A stretch of 62,947 nt of DNA, filler included, from Choristocarpus tenellus KU-1152 (lineage: Eukaryota; Protista; Phaeophyceae): the NCBI GenBank assembly GCA_964200185.2. It is 9 parts of 9 records of this genome, joined end to end, with 100 filler letters (N's around TTAATTAATTAA, not from the genome) between each part and the next. Parts side by side here need not be neighbours in the genome. Positions count along the whole stretch, not along the records: positions 18,357 to 27,801 come from CAXNAD020003670.1; positions 27,902 to 31,208 come from CAXNAD020020902.1; positions 31,309 to 35,568 come from CAXNAD020015433.1; positions 35,669 to 38,341 come from CAXNAD020025759.1; positions 38,442 to 41,671 come from CAXNAD020021386.1; 4 more parts are not named here. One strand, 5' to 3'. The position numbers and the translations under genes were made by a program. Shown here piece by piece: positions 26,743 through 38,606 of this stretch. The notes under the pieces were generated by a model that searched no databases, was not told where the DNA came from, and saw nothing but the letters and a program-made list of their open reading frames with translations. How positions within the stretch are numbered: the first letter of the stretch is position 1; every line of letters starts with the position of its first letter.

Positions 26743-27152
26743 AACACAGCAAGATTATTGAGGGAGTGTATGTCCATTTCTGATGTGAACCCTCTTGGAA
26801 ATGTTCCAACGGTATCGAAGCCCTTACTCGCGCGTATCAAAGGTGTCACCATGTCACCCTGGACAAACAGATGTTGTCGTGCGTGAAATTGCATCGTGGA
26901 ATCTTGCTTTTTATTTGGATCAGTTCTCTGATTACTCTCAACATAAGTGACTGCAACACATGTTCCAATTTCGGAAAAAGGTTGGGTCGAATTCGCTGTA
27001 GCCATTTCGGATTAAAGTCGTTGGATTGGTTCTATGTTGATTGACGTGTGCGATGCGAGGTGAAATCTATAAATGGCGTATTGGGGTTAGTGTTGAAAAT
27101 GTGGGTGATTTTTTTTGGTTAGGGTTAGGGTTAGGGTTGATATCATGGGTGC

Positions 27153-27400
27153 TAGTCGACATATCTTGGGGGTAGGGCTGCGTCCATTTGGCGGCCGAAT
27201 TCAAATGTTGCATTTGAATTGTAAGTCTTCCCATCTTCATTGTTTGGAGATGTTAATGTCCTTTTTCCGGACACTCCTTTCCATAGTGTAGACATTGTAC
27301 TTATCGAAAACATTTTAGAGTAGGTACAATGTCACTCAAAACGCGCGGGCAGCCAAGCCCCAAAGGACAACCGGCGAAAACGTCGTGCCCTGTAACATAG
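27153..27400 (+). mobile_element. Old, diverged MITE family A copy
   Basis: Colinear but more diverged: TATCTTGGGGGTAGGGCTGCGTCCATTTGG...CCAAAGGACAACC...GTGCCCTGTAACATA. Confidence 0.75.
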
Positions 27401-27801
27401 GGGATCAGATCTGAAAAAGCTGGTTTTACCACTGCTTGCAGCTGGGGGTGTGTACACGGCTGTACAGGTAATAAATATAGGACATCGGATTTGAAAATGC
27501 TGGTATTACCACTGCTGACAGGTAGTGTGTACACAATTGTAAACGCAGAAACATACAGGGCATCGAATATGAAAATGTTAGTATTGCCACTGCTGAGAGG
27601 TGGTGAGTGCACGGTTATAAAGGTAACAAATACAGGGCATTGAATTCGAAATGCTGGTATTACCACTGCTGGCAGCTGGGGTGTGCACGATTGCAAATGA
27701 AAAAAATACAGGGCATCGAATCCGAAAATGTCGGTATTACCACTACTGGCAGCTAGGGTGTACACGGTTGCAAATGAAAAAATTACAGGGCATCAAATCT
27801 G
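27401..27801. repeat. ~77-bp minisatellite, at least 5 units, runs into gap
   Basis: Unit AGGGCATCGAAT..GAAAATGCTGGTATTACCACTGCTG.CAG...TGTGCACGGTTG. Confidence 0.9.
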
Positions 27802-28299
27802 NNNNNNNNNNNNNNNNNNNNNNNNNNNNNNNNNNNNNNNNNNNNTTAATTAATTAANNNNNNNNNNNNNNNNNNNNNNNNNNNNNNNNNNNNNNNNNNN
27901 NCAGTCTGCTGCCAGGAGACTGGAACTAGACTGGGTGCGCATGCCAGGAACCTCATCCCTAGTGGATACAATCAAGGTAACCAAAACTCAGTATACCTTG
28001 AGGGATCCAACACCAGAGGAAGAATGGTGCTACCGCAAAGATCATAAGGTTCCTCCCGGACAGACAATCATCACAAAGGTAGGCACACTCCACATGACGA
28101 CTCCCCCCCCACTCACAAAGTTCGGCCTCTGCTTGCCACTGGCGACAACCACAACACATACACTCCTTGCTCACATATGCAACAAATACTCAATGTGTAC
28201 CGTTCGAACTTATGTCACATCCGTCACTCTCCTCACACCGACACGACGCGCAGCGTCAAGATAACACATACGCACGTATGAAATGACTGCACAGATAGT

Positions 28300-29145
28300 C
28301 TATACATCCTTACATCCATCGCCACCTATTTTGTACAAGTCTGCCAATCGGCAAAACTCGCGCAGAACTCCAACTTCTTCTTTTCTATCCACTGTCAACG
28401 TTGACCATATACCCATCGCTTGTTGCAGGAAATCATACCACATACACTACATGCATGATTCTCCCTGCACTCTAGACCTGATCCCTTCTTGCCACCCCCA
28501 TCAGTCTGCACCCTCCCGCCCCTTGATAACCCATACACTAAACACGCAATGGATATCATTGATCCATTATGTCACATCCGTGCTTTCCCTCATACAGACA
28601 CCACGAATCACATGATAATCGCACATACGAATATACTAATCAACCGCACACCATCCGATCACACTTGCAACCATCGCCCTTGATTTAGAACGAGTCTGCC
28701 AATCGGTAAACCAACCCGAAACTCCAAGTTCTTGTTTCCTTCCACATAACAACGTTGGCCATATACCCATCGCTTGCTGCAAGAATATATACACCATGAA
28801 CCAAGTGTATGATTTTCCCACTCACAATAATTAATCCCTGTTTGCAACTCGCGACAGTCTACAACCTCCCGCCCCTTGCCAACCCATATATTCCACCAAG
28901 GCAATAGATTTCGTCGACCAATTATGTCACACCCGTGCATTCCCTTCATGCCTACACCACGAATCACATAATGATCGCACATACGAATTTCTTAATCGAC
29001 CGCTCAAAGTCCGTGCATACTTGGAACCATCACCCTCTATTTTTCAAAGGTCTGCCAATTGGCAAACTAACACTAAACTCCAACTTTTAGGTTTCATCAC
29101 ACACTGTCATTTATAATTACTAAACACTTGTTACAGGAATAGGTA
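28300..29145. repeat. ~355-bp tandem repeat, about 2.4 units, inside the transposase intron
   Basis: GTCTGCCAAT(C/T)GG.AAA at about 28339, 28694 and 29050; ACACCACGAATCACAT twice. Confidence 0.8.
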
Positions 29146-29363
29146 GCACAACTATTTACAAACGAACGCCATCACATCGAATCGGTCGCAGCACACTGCC
29201 TCAGTGCCAACACTGACTCCAACACGTACCACCCCTCCCCTTATACGCACAATCACCACAACCCTTAGGATTAGACGGACAGGGACGGCAGACAGCACAG
29301 TAACACGTGGACGAAACTTCTTTACATCAATATGTTCTGCTCACAGGAGATAGTCCACCTTCC

Positions 29364-29633
29364 GAGCGAAAGTATCTTAGAGGGTACGAGTTTTTCCTTG
29401 TTTGTCCATTTGGGGGTTAGCTTCCCAACGGGTTTTTAATGACATTTTACCTACTCCAAAATGTTCCGGAGTAGATAAAATGTATACAGTATGACACGTG
29501 TGTCTGAAAGTGTGTCTGGAACAAGGATATTGACCTCTCCTAATAAACACGATCGACAAAATTACATCAAAGTGCAACATTGGATTTGGGTCCCCATATA
29601 GACGCGGCTCTACCCTCTGAGATACTTTGACTC
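29364..29633 (-). mobile_element. MITE family A copy inserted in the transposase exon
   Basis: Full TIRs; perfect 4-bp TSD TTCC. Confidence 0.92.
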
Positions 29634-32608
29634 TTCCGTTTTATAAGATTGACCGTGCGGGACGACACGACCCACGTGTCCTCAACCTCAGTGGAATCAA
29701 GTCCATGCGCAGTTTCTTCACTGGTCGGCTCACCACCGGAGACTCCTGTACATTGATATACATCGAACTGTTGTGCTACTGCACAAACTGTTCCATCGGC
29801 AACCTCGCCCAATGCAGGTGGCAACTAACCCATGTGCCCCCACTTAAGTAGATAGATCTCGGATTTTCCACGGAAGTAGGAATGGGTGATATGTATCTGA
29901 GAGGTCAGCTATCGAGGAAGAAGAGAAAGCTCGCCGAGGGGAACATATGCATTGCGCGGACGTAGCTATCGGAGTACAATGGTATAGAGTTTTTGCCATT
30001 CACTGTCCATCGCAAGGACACGATTCAATGGAACGCCAGACACAACTCCAGCTACGGAGGGATGTTCACTGCTGGAGATGAGATCGTCTCTGTCACTGAA
30101 GACTTCCAGGTGCTGAGTGCTAGCTTCGTTGATGGTGTGCCAATTATTCACATGTCACGGACAGACAAGGTGAGTAATGCGTTTTATTGCTTCTAACAAA
30201 ACAATGCCCCACACAATGAATCCAAACTGTCCATATACAGATTTCATATATCCCCTTAAATTCCCTCTAACCAACATAGATTCCTCCCCTAATGTCCAAT
30301 CCTGACATCCAAACTAGTGTCATTTTCGTTCTCTCAATCTGCAACCGCCAATGACACCTTTCACACAACATATCACAACGTACGCAGGGCAAATAAGCGC
30401 GTCCAATACATTAATTTCACTGCCTAAGTGTATCCTCTCTCATACATAAAACGTTTCGTTTCTCAAAAATCAACAAACAATTCCAAGGTCAATTTGTTGT
30501 AGCAACATTAGACTGCCGTATCTTTCCTAATGTGGTGAAGTCTAAACATTGTCGGTGTTATGAAGTACAATGCAATACCAGTAGTTCCGTGTTGACCATC
30601 CTGCCTTACATGCCCCTTTCCTGACACCAAATCAATTCCGTTACCCTCCTGCCCAACTCATGACAGCGATCAATGGATTTTTCGGATCACATGGCTACCT
30701 GTGCCAAATCGGTCAAAACCTTTCAAGACCTAGAGATCAATGGGCCAATCCCTCTGCAGGACTTTGTGAGCAAATATGGACTCACTGTTGGTCCCGAAGA
30801 GGCTTCTGAGTAGACAGGAGGGGGAATGTATGGCCATTTGGTACAGAGTAGTAATGTTCCCGGAATGTTGGCACAGCGCAGCGCAGTGTGTCCCTTAGAA
30901 TACCTGCGGTGGCTGAGATTGTGTGCTCGTTCTTGTTTGTGCTGTTGGTGTTGTGAAACGTAGAACACGTTCTCATGTGTAGTTTCATGGGGTTGATGTG
31001 GTTTTCTGACTGGCCCTCTCCCAAGTCTCTGATGGGAGGTGGATGTACTCGTTTGAGGTATCCTTATAAGCACTACTTCAGGGTGTGTGTTTTATTATTG
31101 TATGGTGGTGAGGAGTGTTGGCCTAAGTGCGTCATGGCTACATGTGCACATGCTAGGTACACACGAATCTGTGTCGATGATGCCATTGTCATCCCCTTGG
31201 GGATGTAGNNNNNNNNNNNNNNNNNNNNNNNNNNNNNNNNNNNNNNNNNNNNTTAATTAATTAANNNNNNNNNNNNNNNNNNNNNNNNNNNNNNNNNNNN
31301 NNNNNNNNACCCCCCCCCCCAGATACTTTGAACCTCATCTTGGAGAGACGTATCACCATACCTGCCGAGTGAATTGTAGGATAATACGATAGTGCAAGAC
31401 ACTAACATGTGACCCATACTTGGTAGTAACGGTTGCAGTACACCTTTTTGAGCCAACACCAAATGTACTCTGACAGAGCACTGAGGGATATTGATCTGTG
31501 CTAGACATGTAATCTTCAGAATACACATCCCTCTTAGCCTTCAGAATTCACACATACTGTCTGTACGAAGCAAGAAGAAGCTTCATATGTACATTGACAC
31601 ACACAACCATGATGTTTACTCCCTTCGGTTAATATTAACTTGTTCCTTTTCTCACTGTTGTGTACAGGGCAGATAGAAGAGGAGATGGACTTGTATACAC
31701 TTTCTGCTAGACCCTCTCTAGCACTAAAAAAAATGACTAACAGTAGTTGTGTATGTATCTATTGCTGTGATTTGCACAAACAACTAAAATTACGCTTGAA
31801 CTTATCCTTCACAAACAAAACGACGGTTGAAAACTTGTGCGTCGCCTGTAAAAAGAGACAACCTACTAGCATTATATCAAGTCAGCTGTTCAACCTACTA
31901 TCACACGTGTAGTTCAGAGGAAAACGTGCTACTGCCGCCTAATATGATACCCCACCACCAGCTAGACAGAAGAGACTGTTTTTAGTGCAACAGGCATCTC
32001 AATTACATACCATACATTCTTCAGTGAGTGAATCTCAAGGAGAGAGTGAGGGGTCCTTCACAATCGTTTTTTGACACGTCTTTCATGTAGAATACCGGGT
32101 GCCAGTGCTTCTCTGCTCAGCCAGAAATATTGTAGGCGATACCATGTTGCCTCAATCTTTCTCATGAGATCGACCCACGAAATAAGTGGAGTGGAAGAGA
32201 TCCCCTTATATAGTATGATATGCTGCAATGGAACCAGCCCACTTCTTTACACTTCTTGTTAATGTGCACTCCTCTACAGAGTTGCATTCCTTTGGAGTCT
32301 AGGTAGAAGGTGGATTCCTCTTGACGGCTTGACTCTGTGTGATTTTGCAAGGCCTGATGTCCGTCATTACTGATAACACTGTGAATGGCGAAGCTGAACT
32401 GAATCAATGGTGCCATCTTGCTATGAGATGAAGCAACAGAAATCACTGTCTCTCTTGGAACGACCCTTGTGGTACTGGAGGGAGAAGGGCAAGGGTTGCG
32501 GGGAGAGCTGTTATGTGGTTGTATGTGGAGGTGGGTCCCAGGTTGAATGTTGGTAGAAGATGTGGAACCACTCACGGTGACTCCTGATAGGGTGTACTCA
32601 GAGGCAGT

Positions 32609-32785
32609 GACCCAAAGTATCTGGGGCGGGAGGGGGTTCTACACCAGGGTCTCCATTTGGGCCATGACCAGGAAAGTGCACTTACATTATCCATCCAACG
32701 TATGCAACCAGATCACCCAAAAATCGCGACATGAAAAATTGCCCCCAAATGGACAGCCGCCACCCCCCCTGAGATACTTTGAGTC
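32609..32785 (+). mobile_element. MITE family B copy
   Basis: GACCCAAAGTATCT...AGATACTTTGAGTC; 4-bp TSD CAGT. Gap-truncated or partial ends of this family also at 31309-31334, 38442-38484, 41574-41650, 59433-59457 and 62858-62908. Confidence 0.92.
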
Positions 32786-34176
32786 CAGTACGGAATGTTT
32801 GTTGTCAATTGGATGCTATATTAGGGAGAACAGTAGTTAGAGAGAATGTGTACTCATTACAATGCTCGGGAGTAATGGCAGTATTCATGCCTCTGAAGGT
32901 GAGGAGATGCATCATGGGCGGGAGGGGGAAAGATGCACCGCATTTTAGATTTTTTTTCCTGGATAAAATTTTAGATTCCAAAGCGTTTACATTTCTCGAT
33001 TCCTCGACAGTGCTCAAGAGAACTAGAGCAATCATCCGCACTTGTCTCTCTGGCGGAGCATTTGTCTTGCGCGACTGTCCCTAAAATTTTTTACTACACA
33101 TATATAATATACTGTAAAATCTGTTTGGTTTATACTTTTTGCAGGTTGTTAGGTCCAATGTGTTCAAGACGGGTACAAGAAAACGATTCAAAGCAAGAGC
33201 ACATGACTAGCTGAGGCGACACTGAGAAAATGTCCTTCACGCTGCACCATGAACTTGTCATTTTGAGTCACCTTGGGGTTCATGACAGAGTAGTGAAGCC
33301 GATCTGAGAAGGTAGTCACCTCTAATGCGCCTCCTCTCAGGTCCTCATACACCAAATGTTTCTCAGCCCTGACACAAGGTTTAGGGAGTAAACGTCTGCA
33401 GTTCAACACAACCAGGTTCTTGACTATTATGTCATCATTTGATGTCTTCACAGGGTCCTTTTAAGGTTGAATAAATTTTTTTTTCTGCCCTGATGGGTTT
33501 GTCGCCTATTGCTTAAGGTTGAAAGTTGTTCTGCAGGGTGAGCAACACCTTCCCATTACCCACCACACGCGAGGACCATGCCAATTTAAACAAGGAGAAA
33601 ACAAGGAAAATGACAAAACAACAACAACAACAACAACAATAATAATAATGATGATGATGACGATGATAGAAAATGAACTTGAGGAGCATGGGACGTGATG
33701 TAAGAGAGAACATTTTACACAAATGGAACATATGTTTGACATAAAAAGACCCCCAATAGGATGCATTCACCATACCACCTACTGCATCTCCTGTATCTCC
33801 TCAGTCTCACTATATATTTTTTTATCTTGGCATCTCTCAAAACGCCTATGTAGTGTGTGTGTGTGTGTGTGCATGTTTGTGTAAGGTGATTTCTTAACCT
33901 GTTGTGTACAAGGCATTGTCTTCAACTCTGGTAGGATGTGTGATTTCTTACATGTAGCAACAAGTTCCTATCATATCAGTTTGGGTATTTTTTTTCTCTT
34001 TTTTTGGGGGGGGGAGGGGGAGGGGGGGTTCTTTTCATATCAGAAATGGCTCGCAAATCACTGCGGCCATACAGTAGGCAGGGAGTAAGGGGCACATCAA
34101 TCAAAGCAACGGACTGTTTTGAATTTGGTTTCAGTGTTTGATGTGAAGAACAGACAGGGGTAATCGATATTTTGGT

Positions 34177-34468
34177 GAGTGAAAGTATCCTAGAGGGCAC
34201 GGCCGCGTCCATCTGGGAGTCAGAATCCAATGTTGCCATTTTGATATAATTTTGGCTATCGTATTTGTCAGGAAGTGTCAATATCCTTGTTCCAGACACA
34301 CCTTTTTTCATAGTTTTGTACATGAAACCTACTCCAAAAAGGTATACATTTTTACCAATTCAAAAACATTTTGGAATAGGCAAACGTCTTATATAACAGG
34401 TGGGAAGCCAGGCCCCAAGCGGACAAACAGGGCAAAACTCGTACCCTAACCCTAAGATACTTTTGCTC
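34177..34468 (+). mobile_element. MITE family A copy
   Basis: Full TIRs; 3-bp TSD GGT; right TIR altered to CCCTAACCCTAA. Confidence 0.88.
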
Positions 34469-35668
34469 GGTCAACATGGAGAGGGGGAAGTACTGTGTTT
34501 GCTAGTTAGGAGGGGGGGAAAGGGATATCGTATCTTATTCAAGGACCGGGACCCATCAATGAACCCTAGGCATTGGCCGCACCTCTTTGTCTCGTCTGGT
34601 GGTTTTGTTGGAGTTTGATCTGGGTTGCTCACTGTAAAAACGTTGTGCAGGAAAAAATAATAACAGAAGGGGGTCCATGGTGGAGAGCGGCATTGTTTGG
34701 AAGGTAGGGAATGAGATGAAGGAACCTTTGGAACAGAGGGTGAGACACGGGGTGTGCATTGGGATACCTTAGGACAACAGGTTTGCCGGGTTGTTGCAAA
34801 ATGGGTAGCTAATTCACAGTAGGTTCTAACACTCATGATTTCAAAACTTAATCAACCAATGATACTCCCTTGTAGAAGAGACTGGCGATGCAGCTCTAAA
34901 GCCTTGCCAATGATGAGGGGGTTGGGTACATCACACAGAGAGCAGCAACTAAACCCAGTGTGGAAAAAAAGAAGCCTACATGCCATGTCGAGTTAGTACA
35001 GTATACTCAACACCTACACTATCCTCTGGACCTGATATCTGACTCGATTTTATAGGCCTGACTGCTGGACCTTTTCTCTTTGACTGTTGATTTCTTATTG
35101 CATTCCTTCCTTGTTATGTATTAATGTCCTATTCTTTATTTGTTTCCTCTCTCTTTTTTTTTTCTCTCTATTTTTTTTCCATGAGTGGTATTTTTCTTCA
35201 TCTCTGCTTATTTTGTTTGTTTTTCAAATGCATATATTTTTCAAATACATACATTTTTCATTTCTCATTTTTTTTTCTGACCATGGGTTCGAGTTGTGCT
35301 GTACATTGCTTTTTTATCCGTTGCAACATCTCCCAACTTTTTAAGTATCTCAATTGCACGATGCATCCAACTAATGTGTGTTAACTAATCAATCGATCAA
35401 TCAATCATCCCCCAAGTGGAACCCCCTCAATGTTAGTGTGATATCACACCAAGGTCAACAAAAGAACCTTGATAAAAACCTTTGAGTGGGAAAGGAAGGA
35501 AATCTGGAGCCGCCCCCGTCCCCCCCCCCCCCCCCCAAAACACCAAAATTTTTAACAGAAAACAATTTNNNNNNNNNNNNNNNNNNNNNNNNNNNNNNNN
35601 NNNNNNNNNNNNTTAATTAATTAANNNNNNNNNNNNNNNNNNNNNNNNNNNNNNNNNNNNNNNNNNNN

Positions 35669-36565
35669 CCTCCACCCCCCCCCCCCCCCCTTCCTCCTCC
35701 CTCCCTCCTCTTCCCCCACGCAGGCTTGGGATGTGACCACGTAGAAGCGAGTGCTGCATTCCCCCTGTCAGGTATACAGCAGAAGGAGAGCTTAGCCCAG
35801 ATACTACAGGCACCACCACTGACAGAGGAGGTAGTACTGTGCTCAGCTGGGGCATACAGGTCACGTCCCCCCCCCCTCCCCCTAACCCCCCTCTGGAAAC
35901 TCCCTCATTTGGTATTGACAGGGAACAAGGAGTACTTTCTGATGATTTGGGCCGTGACAAGTAGCACGAGGCTTGGGTGGGGGCAGGGGACAGGGCTGGC
36001 ACACAAACTGGGGGTGGATGCAGGGGCCCTTGTCGACATGGGAGAGGACTGGGGTGTTCATTGACAAAAGGAGGTTTGGGGGGACTTGAGTTTGAGGGTT
36101 CTAATACTGCTGCAGTCTCCGTCACCTCTTCCATATGTCTCATGCATCGACCATGCTTTCGAACAAGCCTCTTGCATCCGGCCAACTCACAACGCTTCCC
36201 CCCTCCATGCTTTATGCACAAGGAGTCATCCCCACCTTGAGCACTTCCACATTACAGTACCACATCGGTTCGTCGGGTACAGAAAGATATCGGGGCGAAT
36301 TGGGGAACAAGGGACAGGCAGGGCAGATTGAGATGGAGATAAGTGCAGTGGAGATGAACAAATGGATGGGCGAGGGGAAGACAGGCATTGAGGTGGTGTG
36401 AGGAGGGGGAGGACAAAGAGGTGATGCAGAGGTGGGAACAATGCAAGAGAGGTGTCTTACAAAAAAGTGACAAAGGCAGTAGTCAGTTTCTGAGCCCAAC
36501 ATCCTCCCTGCAAGGGCTGTCAAGAGTTCAAGGGGTAGATGACCTTCCTCGAAACCGGAGAGAGC

Positions 36566-36602
<37 letters not shown>

Positions 36603-37736
36603 TAACTGGCCAAAATACCCTGAACTACTTCTGACTACATGACAACGCATGCCTCTCCTTTCCCTCTCTTCCATCCAACCAGCAAAGGAAAAGTCGTGCC
36701 CTTTTTATTTTAGTCAGCAGGACAGCGTGGTGGCAAAAAAAAAAAGTTGACGGTATAACAATTTCCCAACATACCATCGATTGTCACCTTTACACTTCTA
36801 CACTTTTACACCATCCAGCCAAACACTGGTGCATTTACAGCACAATTGCTGAAATCAGCATATTTTCCAGCAGCCACTTCGAAAACGCCTCAGCTTGCAC
36901 TACTCAACCCCTGACCCCCAGCAGGCAGGTACACATTTTTGAGGGGGTTGGGGTGGGGAGGGGGGGCGCATGGGTCAACTATAACTCCATATCGCCAGAA
37001 CGCCAGCACAGTGGGTGTTGTACTCCTTTAATGGTCCTCTGCCGAGACAGGATATGGGAATAGGTGTTTCATTCAATAGGTGCTTCATTCACTAGGTGTT
37101 TCATTCACTAGGTGTTTCATTCACTAGGTGTTTCATTCACTAGGTGTCTCATTCACTAGGTGTTTCATTCACTCCCCTTCAAAGAGCGCCCCTCAGGGAG
37201 ATTGAATAGGAGGCGGCCTGTTAGGCATGAGGTGAATCTTCCCGCATTGACAGGTCACAGTAGTTACAACTTACACCAACGCACACTAAAAGGCATAAAA
37301 ATTAATACATAAAAATTCATTTAAAAGCGACATTGATTCTTCCAACCAACCGAGAGGGGGGTAAAAAAAATAACACACAGATTAAAAAAATAAAAGCTAA
37401 AAAACCACACAAAACACACTGCGAACAAAAATCTGTCCCCCACGAGGCAGTTACAAAGACACCACTCAAACAAAGAAAAAATAAAGTAGTTCCCATGATC
37501 GTAGACCTGACGAACCACGCCCCAATTCTCAGACCCACAAAATTGCCATCACCCCACCTCCCCATCACCCCCACCCCAACCGATGTGTGTATACACACCT
37601 TGTTCTACATCCTTCAATTTGGCAACGCCTGCCTCCTCCGTGTCCCTTGCAAAAGAGCCCCCCCCCCCCTGCGCCCCCTTTCGACAACCCTCAGCTTGAC
37701 ACCGCTTTCCCCCTCCATGCGCTACACAAAAGCCTC
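35669..37736 (-). CDS. WRKY19-like C-x2-HGGG-x-RC zinc-finger repeat protein (partial, 2 exons)
   Basis: Exons 37736-37599 (GFCVAHGGGKRCQAEGCRKGAQGGGLFCKGHGGGRRCQIEGCRTS) and 36243-35669 (AQGGDDSLCIKHGGGKRCELAGCKRLVRKHGRCMRH plus a Pro/Ser-rich tail). The phase-2 junction is consistent; there is one frameshift in a G12 run. Confidence 0.8.
36566..36600. repeat. (AAT)n microsatellite
   Basis: Seen directly. Confidence 0.95.
37061..37173. repeat. 16-bp minisatellite TAGGTGTTTCATTCAC x7 (intronic)
   Basis: Seven head-to-tail units with no spacers. Confidence 0.95.
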
Positions 37737-38606
37737 CTGAGTGGGGAGATGATCACAGATGGAAATGGATGAGATCAACGTACCAAACGTGGGTGGGGCG
37801 CATTCATCAGGTGAAAAGGGGAACAGGGAGAACAGAGATGGGGAAGGGGGCAACACAGGCAACACAAAACTTTAGAGCGAGCGAAAAAAGGCCGATTGAG
37901 CACACACAACATGACTTCCCGATAATTCTTTTTTTGCCAAAAAAAAGTTACAAAAACTCAAGGGTTACCGGGGGGGGGGGGGGGGGAAGGGGGGGAGCCC
38001 CCCCCCCGCCCCCCAAAAAAGGGCCNNNNNNNNNNGGAGAAGGGTGGGAGTCTCTCTCCAGTCTCCGAGAAAAGGGCATCAAATGGTGAGATAAATACTT
38101 GACAAACACAGAGGTTGGAGGATCGAATCCAGGCTGGACCACTTTCCTGAATACCTACAGCAGGAAGAAAATATAGATCATGGGGGGAGGGTCTGGGATA
38201 CACAGCCTCGATGGGAAACACTAACAAGGAAGGACACCAACTGCCCAGGGAGACCTTGTGATTAGAGGGGTGATGCACCACGGACTATGCCGGGTAGCTC
38301 TCTAGCCCCTGATGTTGCCAACTATTCAAATACCACTGTTCNNNNNNNNNNNNNNNNNNNNNNNNNNNNNNNNNNNNNNNNNNNNTTAATTAATTAANNN
38401 NNNNNNNNNNNNNNNNNNNNNNNNNNNNNNNNNNNNNNNNNCCCCAAATGGACAGCCGCCACCCCCTCCCAGATACTTTGAGCCACTGTTGTGGTTTGGA
38501 CTGGAGGGCCTGTGCCACCCCAGCCTAACCAACCTTGGTCGATGATCTCGGCGAGATCCTCAGCAGGGTTTCCTGCAAATACCATTGAGTGGATTGGTGT
38601 TCACAG

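Larger units (their letters stand above)
27902..30169 (+). pseudogene. Intron-containing DNA transposase remnant (Sola2-like C-terminal half), disrupted by a MITE
   Basis: Exons 27902-28078 (QSAARRLELD...TK|GT) and 29347-30169 (AG|EIVHLPFYKIDRAG...NLSGIKSMRSFF...ELLCYCTNCSIGNLAQC...). Removing the MITE and one TTCC restores the frame; two in-frame TAG codons. The IDR...GI+S..F...C.C..C...C pattern resembles Sola2-type transposases as I recall them; the catalytic core would lie upstream in the gap. Confidence 0.5.

Noticed and set aside
27401-27801. Regularly spaced conserved motif resembling a CRISPR array
   Set aside because: The whole 77-bp unit is repeated with no unique spacers, there are no cas genes, and the context is eukaryotic.
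33188-34640. Possible exons at 34580-34631 and 33188-33457 (minus strand)
   Set aside because: The phases do not join into the long frame, and no homology is recognisable.
37061-37173. 16-bp repeat array as CRISPR or iterons
   Set aside because: Contiguous units without spacers; an ordinary intronic minisatellite.
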